Position numbers and translations under genes: made by a program. Shown here one piece after another: positions 42,320 through 51,167 of a DNA stretch of 64,000 bases. Position 1 is the first letter of the stretch. Every line of letters begins with the position of its first letter. This DNA is from an uncultured Acidobacteriaceae bacterium (GTDB lineage: Bacteria; Acidobacteriota; Terriglobia; Terriglobales; Acidobacteriaceae): NCBI GenBank assembly GCA_963822225.1, contig CAWGGW010000002.1:772489-836488 (forward strand). The letters are read 5' to 3'. The notes beneath the pieces are model-generated. The model saw only the letters and a list, made by a program, of their open reading frames with translations. It was not told the origin of the DNA and searched no databases.

Positions 42320-43427
42320 CTAGACGGCACTCTCCATAACACGTGTGGCTCGGGCGACGACGGAAATGAGCCAGCCAATTGTTGCGAGGCCGGCGACGAA
42401 GACGACGAGGAAGATTCCAACGACGCTCCAGTTGGTGACGACGACTCGGTTCCAGACGTCGTAGCCCTTGCTGAGCAACGTGAGGTCGCGAATGCCATCG
42501 CGGTAGATGGTCATCAGCGCGATGGGCAGGAACGCCGATGAGGGCGGCGATCCAACTGGTGAGCGCGCCGGTGGGTTTGGTAAAGGCGGCGAACGCTGCG
42601 AAGAGAAGGATGACGGCCGTGAGCGCGAGCCAGCCAAGGCCGGCGAATTTGTAGAGCGCGTGGTCGTTCAGGCCGGCCTGCACGATGGCCGGCTGCGCGT
42701 GATAGACGGCGAAGGCTGCGGCGATCTGAGCGATGGCGGCTACGGCGGCGATGCGGCCGCCAAGCGCGCGAGAGGAATTTGCCATCGGCTTCGGAGAAGG
42801 ATTTGCGTCCACCGAGATAGACAAGCCAGAGGCCAGCGGCTACGAATCCGCTGATGATCATGAAGAGGAAGCGCGGGATAGTGGTGGGGTCGCCTGCGGG
42901 GAGATGCGTCCCGAGCGAGCGAGACGGAGTACATGCTTTGCCAGGCTTCGGGACGAAGCATCAGAGTCATGTTGGTGGAGTAGACATGTGCGATGGCGCC
43001 GATGATGATCCACGCGATGAGGCCTATCCACCATGCCTTGCTGCCGGCTTCGAGCGTAGGCGGCGAAGCGGTAGAGCAGCCAGTAGGCGAGGATGAGTGC
43101 TGGGATGACTGCGATCCATCGCAAGCCGATCATGACACTGCTGGTGTAGATGGCGCGTCCGTAGAGCACCTGTGCGAAGAGCAGCGGTGGGACGCCAAGA
43201 TTGATGACGTACGTCATGACGATAGTGAGGCGGCGGGAGATCGCAGAGGCGGCCGTAGCGGCGGAGACCGAGCGGCCGAAGATGTTCAGCAGGACTGCGA
43301 TGAGCAGGCCGCCGACCAGTATTTCCATGGCAACGAAATGAAGCGAGAGGGTAACGATGTGAAGAAGTTTGAACAGCCAGATCGGAGCTGGTAAGGGGAT
43401 AGGGTCGACGTTCGGAAAACCATTCAT
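42320..43427 (-). CDS. polytopic membrane protein, probable second bd-like subunit (several frameshifts)
   Basis: PIPLPAPIWL...SLHFVAM and INLGVPPLLFAQVLYG; hydrophobic helices continue through ORFs 42740..42970, 42514..42861, 41829..42824 (N-terminal part) and end at 42320. Confidence 0.7.
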
Positions 43428-43587
43428 TCGCAAAGCCCTTCTATGCGTGGGTGTTCATCAACTAAATCTTGCTGATCCTTCTGGTGGTGCACTTTCTCGT
43501 CACGAGATTTTCTCGTGCGAAGTTATACGGCACGGTTTTGAATTTCGTCTGGTCGCAGTCAGGATATCGATCTGAGGAAGCATCGTC

Positions 43588-43603
43588 TGTGACTCTGATC
43601 ACT
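43588..43603. promoter_or_regulatory. CRP/FNR-family-like binding site
   Basis: TGTGA-ctctga-TCACT, about 160 nt upstream of the respiratory operon. Confidence 0.5.
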
Positions 43604-43689
43604 TACGCTTGGGGCGGAACCGCTATACCGCCTCGGCAGAAAGGGCAGTCGCGCCACAGGAATCAAGAGGGAATTTGGAACTGCGCGTT

Positions 43690-43713
43690 AGCCCAGGACC
43701 ACCATCCTGGGCT
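43690..43713 (-). terminator. hairpin just downstream of rseP
   Basis: AGCCCAGGA-ccacca-TCCTGGGCT perfect 9-bp stem, without a U tract. Confidence 0.45.
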
Positions 43714-43725
43714 GGCGATGCTGAA

Positions 43726-45085
43726 TTACGACTTCAGCTTGATGAAAAAGGGAAGCTTGGTGATGTCGTTGAAGATGACCATCACAGCGAATAGCAGAAT
43801 GCAGACGAATGCGGCCTGGTAAATGTGCTTCTTGAACTGGAGGGGAAGGTCGCGGCGGAACGTGCCCTCGACCAACAAGAGGAAGATCATCCCGCCGTCG
43901 AGGATGGGGAAAGGCAAAAGATTGAAAATGCCGAGATTAATCGAGATCGATGACACAGTAGCAATGAGAGCTGCCCAGCCAGGGGCAGCCGCGGCGTGGT
44001 GTACGGCCTGGCCAATCCCGATAGGGCCGGAGAGGCTTTTGACGGAAACGTGCCGCTGAAACATGCTTCTGAACACGTCGAAGACCAGGACGGAGTTTTT
44101 TCGGCTGAACTCCAATGATGCACCGAGCGAGGCTGCCAGGGAGAGGTGTTGCAAAGTGACGGGCGGTTTGGATGCCGTGAATCCGAGGCGATAACCCGCT
44201 GACCCATCGTCGGCATCGCCCATCTCGGGCGTAGCTATGATGCGGAGATCGTGATCTCCGCGAAGGACGTCAAGCGCGGCGGGTTTTCCCTGCTGGTCCT
44301 GCAGGTACCAAAAGAGTGCGGGGATGGAGCGGATCGCGATGCCGTCGACACTTAGGATCTGGTCGTTCGGCTTCAGACCGGCACGTTCGGATGGGCCGCT
44401 CGCGGCGAGCGATTCGACGCGAATAGCCGCTTCCTGCATCCGCGGAACCAAACCAAGCGAGAGAGCAGACTCAACACTGAACTTCCCTGATCCGCCAGCG
44501 AATGGAAGGAATACTGCTGGTGTTGGTGCGCTCGCCATCGTGCATGAACGAGAATGGGATTGTCTGATTAATGTTCAAAGAGGCGTGATTGAAGATGTCG
44601 ATCCAGGTCGGGTTTTCGATGGTGTCGAAGTGGACAATGGTGTCACCGGTACGAATGCCTGTTTTCGCGACTGCGGTTGTGGGTGAGATATAGTCCGTGG
44701 TCGCAGGGCCTGAATCGTACTGATTGACCTGATCGTGCATTAGAAAGGCACCGGTCATTAGGCATATGGCCAGCAGGAAGTTCGCGAGGGGGCCGGCGAA
44801 CGCGATGAAGATGCGTTGCCAACGGGGATGGTTGTTCAGATCGCCAGGGTCGTTGCTGCTTTCCTCACCTGGCAGTTCGCCAGCCATCTTGACGTATCCG
44901 CCGAACGGCAGCATGTTGATGCGGTACTCAGTTCCGGCATGGCAGAAGCCGCAGAGGCGTTTGCCAAAGCCAAGCGCGAAGGCCTGAACCCGGACGCCGC
45001 AAAGCTTGGCTGCGGCGAAATGGCCGAATTCGTGAACCAGTACCATGAAGCCGAGTACAAGAATAAGTTGAACGATCGTCGTCAT
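43726..45085 (-). CDS. rseP: RseP-type site-2 intramembrane metalloprotease with PDZ domains (frameshift near 44515)
   Basis: HEFGH, FGGYVKM, FAGPLAN, SGPIGI, NLLPFPILDGG. Confidence 0.9.
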
Positions 45086-45359
45086 GGTCCCGTTGGGCCT
45101 TCCAATTCACTGCCGATGTGTAGGATGCGTCTTGTAACGTGACGTGTCGTGCGAGGGATATGGCCCGGTCTCGCAAAACCTTAGGCGTGCTATCGCCACA
45201 TAACAAAGAGGATGCTTGAGCGAGGCGGCGGGGTCGATACCACAAAGGATGCAGGGCGGCTGCCGTGCTGGACAGGGGAATAGAAAAACTGCTCAATCGG
45301 AGAGGGGGATATTTTCAGCTGGCGGGAAAGTGGACGGTGCGGCGGCCTAACCGGGGCTT

Positions 45360-46076
45360 TTATCGGCGTGGCAGCCGAGCCACAGACACATATTGACCCC
45401 CGAAGGGGATGTTGCGGAGCAGTCGTTCCGTTGCGCCGAGCATTGGGAAGAGAGACTCAGGTACGTAGAGAAAGTATTCGGTGTTTAGGGGCTCGAGGCC
45501 TGAGTTGCGGAGCAGATCCCTCGTTGTTTTGGCTGTCAGAAGCTCTGCGTCTACGTCTACTGGGCATCTGCGAACGATCGCGCGGGTGACGGGGTTCCGT
45601 GGGTTGTGCTCGACGATGCAGCATAGACCACCCGGAGCAAGGACTCTTCTGATCTCTTCGGTGAGCAGAATTCTGTCCTGGCCATGAACATGATGAAATA
45701 CGCAGACCGCAGTCACGAAGTCGAATGAGGCATCCGCAAACGGCAGTTTAGTGGGCGAAGGTTGCTGATATACCGTGAAAGACGAATTCGAAGAGAGCAT
45801 GCCCGCGGATGGGTCGCATCCCGTTGCTTGCTTGAACCTGCTACCGGCAAGTTCGAGCAACTGGCCCTGGCCACAACCTACGTCGAGCCACGTTTGCGTT
45901 GCGGGGTTTACACCAAGCCGTCTCAGAAACGAATCAATCACGGTCACCTTGCGTCGGTGAAAGTGGAGCGGATCGCGGGAGAATCTATCTCGCAGTGGAT
46001 CGTTCAGCAACTCGGTATAGGAGTGAGCATAGTGATCGAATTCTGGCGAGTCCTTTTGCTTAGTGGTTTGGGTCAT
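45360..46076 (-). CDS. class I SAM-dependent methyltransferase
   Basis: LDVGCGQG, SFDFV, VFHH, EHNP.NP; overlaps the upstream gene end. Confidence 0.9.
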   Translation of the reverse strand: MTQTTKQKDSPEFDHYAHSYTELLNDPLRDRFSRDPLHFHRRKVTVIDSFLRRLGVNPATQTWLDVGCGQGQLLELAGSRFKQATGCDPSAGMLSSNSSFTVYQQPSPTKLPFADASFDFVTAVCVFHHVHGQDRILLTEEIRRVLAPGGLCCIVEHNPRNPVTRAIVRRCPVDVDAELLTAKTTRDLLRNSGLEPLNTEYFLYVPESLFPMLGATERLLRNIPFGGQYVSVARLPRR

Positions 46077-47643
46077 CGCCGATTCGCTCCATAATGCGGA
46101 CGCCGTCTCGCTCCCACACGGTTTTGTAGTGTGACTCAAAGTATGGCTCGATGATGTGCTCTTCCGGGCGGGCTCGTTTTAGCGAGAAGAATAGCTTAAG
46201 CGCCCTGTCCTCCAAAAGCGTATCCCACACTACATACCTTACGCGACGTTGCTCCAGCGTCTCGACAACCTCCCGAAAGTCGGAAGGACTGTTGTAGTTA
46301 TAGCCGAGGCCACTCCAGCGGGTGGGATTGGTGGTAGCGGACAAGTAGTAATAGATCGGCGCGTCGGGATACACAAATACTTCCTGCCCTGGAGCAACGT
46401 GGGTGTCCAGAAAGGCCAGGACTGGGTCGCTCTTGAATACCATTACGCTGCCCACTCGAGTCGCCATGGGATGGGCGGATACAGCCAAGAGAAAATTGAG
46501 GCCGGCCAAACCTACGGAACCAATAGCTAGGACCTGCAACGTTTGACGTCCGGGAATGCCTAACATTGCTAGGTAGTAAACACAGAGAATGATGAGCAGA
46601 GGTGATCCAAAGACCAGGTGGCAGATGTCTTTCCGGTGAATCTCAGCGAACCACAGGGCCCACCCGCAAAGCCAGTAGAGCAAAATTTCAGATCTCTGAG
46701 CGTCGCGGATTTTCCAAAGCCCGAAGATCACAAGGAGCGCGGGCAATATTGCGATGAATACGAACGGTATAACCAGTATCGACGCTGTTACGGCAGTCCA
46801 TCTGACAGTGCTCGTCGGGGCCGCCCAACTGCTCCAATAGTCGCGGAAGATGCCTTGTGCATAGAAGACGACATTTGCTGCGGCGTAATGCTTCGAAGGC
46901 CACAAGTAGTTAGCGTAGATCAGGTCATAGAGGGCGTGATGGCCCCAGAAATATAGAATCATAACGCCAACCGTGCTGATGTAGCCGGCGAAGAGTAGGC
47001 CGATGAACGAGAGAGGAGTCGCTGCGCGGATATGAAGTAACAAAAGCCAAACGAGAAGCGCCAGGAGCAGAAGGATACCTTTAGGTTGGAGAAAACAAGT
47101 CGTCAGCCCAGCTAAGGCCCCAGCGACAAATATAAAGCCGCTTCCACGTTTCTCGATCCATAAGACAGCGAACGCGACCGACAGCAAAGCGAAGAAGTTG
47201 CTATCGATGTGATGGCTAATGGTTGGCCACACGACTCCGAAGCACGTGGCCGCAAAAACGATGCATGGCAATGCTCGGTATTCGCTGCATATTCTCCGGG
47301 ACAGCCAATACATCAGGAAGGCAGTCCCGATTGAGCTAATGAAGAGACATAGGCGCTCTGCAAAGAATGTAACGCCGAAGATCCTAAAGAAGAATGCCAA
47401 CCAGTAGAACGTTCCCGGACCAACGATCTCAAAGAAATCACGCGCAAATACTTGACCGTGGGCGATCCTGAGGGCTCCGGATACGAGCAGTCCTTCGTCC
47501 GACCCTCCTAATAGGAGCCGCATGAACGGGATTAGATACAGAGTCGCGTAGAGCAGGAAGACCATGTAAACACGGACACGCCGGAGCCAAGACGCCCTTG
47601 GCATCGACGTGTCGACCATCTGAGGTGCAGACGTAGCGCTCAT
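46060..47643 (-). CDS. GT-C fold (ArnT/PMT-like) membrane glycosyltransferase, paralog B
   Basis: DEG after TM1, GQVFARDFFE..GPGT, many TMs, C-terminal soluble domain. Confidence 0.8.
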   Translation of the reverse strand: MSATSAPQMVDTSMPRASWLRRVRVYMVFLLYATLYLIPFMRLLLGGSDEGLLVSGALRIAHGQVFARDFFEIVGPGTFYWLAFFFRIFGVTFFAERLCLFISSIGTAFLMYWLSRRICSEYRALPCIVFAATCFGVVWPTISHHIDSNFFALLSVAFAVLWIEKRGSGFIFVAGALAGLTTCFLQPKGILLLLALLVWLLLLHIRAATPLSFIGLLFAGYISTVGVMILYFWGHHALYDLIYANYLWPSKHYAAANVVFYAQGIFRDYWSSWAAPTSTVRWTAVTASILVIPFVFIAILPALLVIFGLWKIRDAQRSEILLYWLCGWALWFAEIHRKDICHLVFGSPLLIILCVYYLAMLGIPGRQTLQVLAIGSVGLAGLNFLLAVSAHPMATRVGSVMVFKSDPVLAFLDTHVAPGQEVFVYPDAPIYYYLSATTNPTRWSGLGYNYNSPSDFREVVETLEQRRVRYVVWDTLLEDRALKLFFSLKRARPEEHIIEPYFESHYKTVWERDGVRIMERIGDDPNH

Positions 47644-47665
47644 CTCTTACCCACAGGGCTTCGAA

Positions 47666-49252
47666 TTAGTCGGAGCGGGATTCGGTGTTTCGTTCCATAA
47701 TTTTGATCCCACCGACGATTTGAACGAGTTTGTAGTGTGACTCCAGGTATGGCTCGACGATCAGGCCGCCTGAAGGGGGCCGCGTCGCGCCCGGGAAGAC
47801 ATCAGTTGTGGCCTTGGCAAAGTTGTCATCCCACAAGACGTATTTGACCTTGCGCTGCTCCAGTATGCGGACGACGTCCTGGAACTGGGATGGCGTGTTG
47901 TAGTTATAAACGAGGATGCTGTACGGAGTCGGGTTGATCGTGGCCGAGAGAAAGTAATAGCGCGGGCAGTACGGGTAGGCGAATATCTCCTCGCCGGGCG
48001 CGATATGTTCGTCCAGGTAAGCAAGGACAGGGGCGGCTTGAAACATTCTCACCGAGCCCACCCGGGTGGGGATGGTCTTACCCGCCAACAGGCCGCACAT
48101 CAGATTGAAGATGGTAAGAGTTACTGCGCTCACCGCTAGCATTTTCAATGCCGAGTTAGCGATTGTCCGATGGTCTTCGGTCAGGAAGTAGACGCCGAGG
48201 ATAATCAGTAAGGGTGAACCGAATACTAGCCGGGGCATGTCCATGCGGTGAAGTTCGGAGATCCAGATGGCAAGCCCGCACAGCCAGTAGAGTAGAACGT
48301 CTGGCTTCTTCAAGTCCCAGCGAGACGGTACCCCAAGAATCAGCAACAACACGGGCAACACCGCCACGAACAGTAACGAGACGATCATGAGGCCAGCCAG
48401 CAGGAGCGTCCATCTGAACCCGGCCTGATTGATGATCCAATGATCGAAATAGCTGGAAAGAATTCCGTGCGCGTATGGGACCGAATTTACCGATCCGTAG
48501 TGTTGGGCTGGCCAGGTAAAGTTGGTATATATGACGCTGCCCAACGCCCCTTTACTCCAGAAGTAAAGGACGATGACTCCCAACACGCTGAGATAGCCCG
48601 CGGTCAGGATTCCGAGCGTGGAGAATTCAGCGAGCCGACGGTGACAGAGGATCGCCAGCCACACCAGGAAGGCGAGAAACAGGAACATGCCCTTGGGTTG
48701 GAGAAACGCCGTAGTGCATCCGGCGAGAGCGCCGGCTGCAAACAACAGGGCAACGTTGCGTGAATCCCGCCACAAGGCGATGCATGCAACCGCCAGCAGA
48801 GCGAAAAATGTGCTGTCGATGTGATGGCTGGTCGCAGGCCACAATCCGCTGAAGATGGTTCCGGCCAAGATGATGGAAGGCAGTGCCTGGTACGAGCGGC
48901 ATACTCGACGCGAGAGGAAGAACATGAGGAGTGCGCTCCCCATGGAGCTGATGAAAAGGCAGATTCGAGAGGCGAAGAATGTGACGCCGAAGATCTTGAA
49001 GAAGCATGCTAGCCAATAAAAGGTGCCGGGGCCCATGACTTCAAAGAAGTCTCGCGCGAACACCTGGCCATGAACGATTCGGACGGCTCCATAGTCGAGC
49101 GTTCCTTCATCGGTCCCGACCAAGAAGAAGCGGATGAGGGGCAGGATGTAGATGCAGGCCCAGATCGTGAAGATCATGTAGCTCTTAAATGTCCGCTGCA
49201 CCGTCGTGCGGTTTGAAGATGACCCAACGGGAGAGGCAGTCGTTACCGACAT
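47666..49252 (-). CDS. GT-C fold membrane glycosyltransferase, paralog A
   Basis: Shares DEG, HGQVFARDFFE, SHHIDS, FLQPKG and EPY.ESHYK blocks with its neighbour. Confidence 0.8.
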   Translation of the reverse strand: MSVTTASPVGSSSNRTTVQRTFKSYMIFTIWACIYILPLIRFFLVGTDEGTLDYGAVRIVHGQVFARDFFEVMGPGTFYWLACFFKIFGVTFFASRICLFISSMGSALLMFFLSRRVCRSYQALPSIILAGTIFSGLWPATSHHIDSTFFALLAVACIALWRDSRNVALLFAAGALAGCTTAFLQPKGMFLFLAFLVWLAILCHRRLAEFSTLGILTAGYLSVLGVIVLYFWSKGALGSVIYTNFTWPAQHYGSVNSVPYAHGILSSYFDHWIINQAGFRWTLLLAGLMIVSLLFVAVLPVLLLILGVPSRWDLKKPDVLLYWLCGLAIWISELHRMDMPRLVFGSPLLIILGVYFLTEDHRTIANSALKMLAVSAVTLTIFNLMCGLLAGKTIPTRVGSVRMFQAAPVLAYLDEHIAPGEEIFAYPYCPRYYFLSATINPTPYSILVYNYNTPSQFQDVVRILEQRKVKYVLWDDNFAKATTDVFPGATRPPSGGLIVEPYLESHYKLVQIVGGIKIMERNTESRSD

Positions 49253-49304
49253 GTCGCGACCTAACTCGACACTGAGGGAATAGTCCGGAAGCGAGCGACC
49301 TGGT

Positions 49305-50366
49305 TCATGACCGCGTCCGGACGATGGGGGAGTAGACCGGCTCGGGTGGCACATCGAGGCGGAGTACTTCAGCGTGGGCTGCGTCTACAGCGATCCGGGG
49401 CCAGGGTTCTGCGAGCACGACGGCGCGGGTCAAGGAGACGGCGGGCAGCTGGACATTACAGGCTTCGGTGACGACATAAAGCGGTCGGCCCTTGGCTTCC
49501 TCATAGGTTCGGGCGAGATAGTCTCCAATGCCGCCGAGCGCAAGCAGAATCACTCCCGAAAACGCGCATTGCATGGCAACGACCGAGGCCCAACCGGGCA
49601 CCAGCGTTGAAGTGAAAAGTGCCAGATACACGACGCGGAGTAGATAGAGAAATCCCGCAAGGCTAAGAAAACAACCTGCGCCGATGCTGATACGCAGTGG
49701 GAATGCCGAGAATGAGGAGATGCCTGTCCATGCGAAGCGAAGCATCTTGATCAACGGATACTTGGTTTCTCCGGCTGCCCGCGCCCGGCGTTCGAATGGA
49801 ACGACCGCTTCCTTAAGGCCGAGCCATGCCACCATGCCGCGCATGTATCTATGTTGCTCTCGAAGAGAACGGATAGCTCGCACGGCTCTGCGGCTGAAGA
49901 GGCGGAAATCGCCGACGTCCGGCGTCAAGCGTTGGCTCGCCATCCGCGACAACAGGCGGTAAAAAATTGCAGCTGTCCACCTCTTGAATCGGCTTTCCGC
50001 TTCCCGCGAGATTCTCTGCGGAGAGACGATATCGTAGCCCTGCCCGAAGAGTTCCAGCATTCGCGGAAGAAGCTCAGGAGGATCCTGTAGATCGGCGTCC
50101 ATTACGACAACTGCATCGCCGTTGGCAAAATCAAGGCCGGCCGTGACGGCTGCCTGATGGCCGAAGTTCCTGCTGAAGCGCAGAAGCTTGATACGAGGAT
50201 CTTCGAGGGCCGCTTGTTCGAGCAGGAATGAAGTGGCATCCGTACTGCCATCGTCGACGAAAACAATCTCCCAGGTCAGGTGGCAGAGCGTCTCGCGAAG
50301 GCGGGGAAGAAGCAGTGGGATTGCCTCCGCCTCGTTCAGCACCGGGATGACGACAGAAAGGAACAT
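49305..50366 (-). CDS. GT2 polyprenol-phosphate glycosyltransferase (GtrB/ArnC-like)
   Basis: VVIPVLNE, VDDGSTD, SRNFGHQ, MDADLQDPP, GDFRL; two C-terminal TMs. Confidence 0.92.
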   Translation of the reverse strand: MFLSVVIPVLNEAEAIPLLLPRLRETLCHLTWEIVFVDDGSTDATSFLLEQAALEDPRIKLLRFSRNFGHQAAVTAGLDFANGDAVVVMDADLQDPPELLPRMLELFGQGYDIVSPQRISREAESRFKRWTAAIFYRLLSRMASQRLTPDVGDFRLFSRRAVRAIRSLREQHRYMRGMVAWLGLKEAVVPFERRARAAGETKYPLIKMLRFAWTGISSFSAFPLRISIGAGCFLSLAGFLYLLRVVYLALFTSTLVPGWASVVAMQCAFSGVILLALGGIGDYLARTYEEAKGRPLYVVTEACNVQLPAVSLTRAVVLAEPWPRIAVDAAHAEVLRLDVPPEPVYSPIVRTRS

Positions 50367-50414
50367 GTCTAGCCTTCCATGATTCTCGGTCCGACAACAA
50401 GGAGTACCGATTGA

Positions 50415-50612
50415 TCAGCCGGTGTAGCCTGTGAGAGCTGCGCCAAGTGAAGAAAACGCGGAGTTGATGTCGGAAGCGACTGTATTCATACCCGCAGTTG
50501 CTGCAAGAGCAATAAGAGCGACGATCAGTGCGTATTCGATCAGATCCTGGCCGTCTTGATTGCCGGCGAGCTTCTGAAAAACAGTGTGGATTTTTATCAG
50601 ATCGATAGTCAT
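50415..50612 (-). CDS. flp: Flp pilin 2 (65 aa)
   Basis: G|QDLIEYAL Flp motif and hydrophobic helix; AAGGA RBS upstream. Confidence 0.9.
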   Translation of the reverse strand: MTIDLIKIHTVFQKLAGNQDGQDLIEYALIVALIALAATAGMNTVASDINSAFSSLGAALTGYTG

Positions 50613-50643
50613 ATGAGGCGTCCTTTTCTTACGGGAGCTGCGG

Positions 50644-50688
50644 AGGGAGACGACGTCGGAACCGCCCTGAACCGGACGCGTCTCCCCC
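50644..50688 (-). other. stem-loop between the two pilin genes
   Basis: GGGAGACG / CGTCTCCC outer stem with an inner imperfect stem. Confidence 0.5.
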
Positions 50689-50737
50689 TGCAAATAAGAC
50701 CTGCCTGCTCTCGTGAAACCCTGCGTTCGGAGCCAAA

Positions 50738-50935
50738 TCAGCCGGTGTAGCCGGTAAGCTTCGCACCGATGTTGGAAAAGGCTGCGTTGATGTCGCCTGC
50801 AAGCGTGCCCATGCCTGCGGTCGCTGCGAGAGCAATGAGAGCGACGACGAGCGCATACTCGATCAGGTCTTGACCGTCTTCCTCGCTCAGCAGGCTCTGA
50901 ACCTTGACAGAAAGCATCAAAAAATAATTCTTCAT
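50738..50935 (-). CDS. flp: Flp pilin 1 (65 aa)
   Basis: G|QDLIEYALVVALIA; GGAGA RBS; sigma54 promoter upstream. Confidence 0.93.
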   Translation of the reverse strand: MKNYFLMLSVKVQSLLSEEDGQDLIEYALVVALIALAATAGMGTLAGDINAAFSNIGAKLTGYTG

Positions 50936-50991
50936 TTTCTTTCTCCATGGATAAATTGAGATTCCAGCCATTGGCTGATAGCCATGGAATA

Positions 50992-51007
50992 TGCAAGCTT
51001 CATGCCA
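50992..51007 (-). promoter_or_regulatory. sigma54 promoter of the pilin operon
   Basis: TGGCATGAAGCTTGCA, matching -24 GG / N10 / -12 GC. Confidence 0.8.
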
Positions 51008-51069
51008 CTTTCGTTGTAGTTGCATATTATTGTAATTAGGCTGGCTTACGGGCCTGGACGCGGGCTGGC

Positions 51070-51119
51070 GGTGTTTACAGGTGTATACATCTGGGTTTGA
51101 CCGGTGCGGGGTGTATACA
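51070..51119. promoter_or_regulatory. candidate enhancer (UAS) repeats
   Basis: GGTGTTTACA, GGTGTATACA and GGTGTATACA at 51070, 51080 and 51110. Confidence 0.6.
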
Positions 51120-51167
51120 GACACCGAAGTAACTTATCGAGAGAGCTACGGACGAGCCCGACGAGGC

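Noticed and set aside
41829-42824. Membrane domain fused to the Rieske protein
   Set aside because: An artefact of frameshifts in the upstream gene. The Rieske has its own ATG at 42317 and a Tat signal.
50415-51124. Long pilin ORFs of 193 and 128 aa
   Set aside because: Upstream extensions. RBS positions and the sigma54 promoter support 65-aa prepilins.
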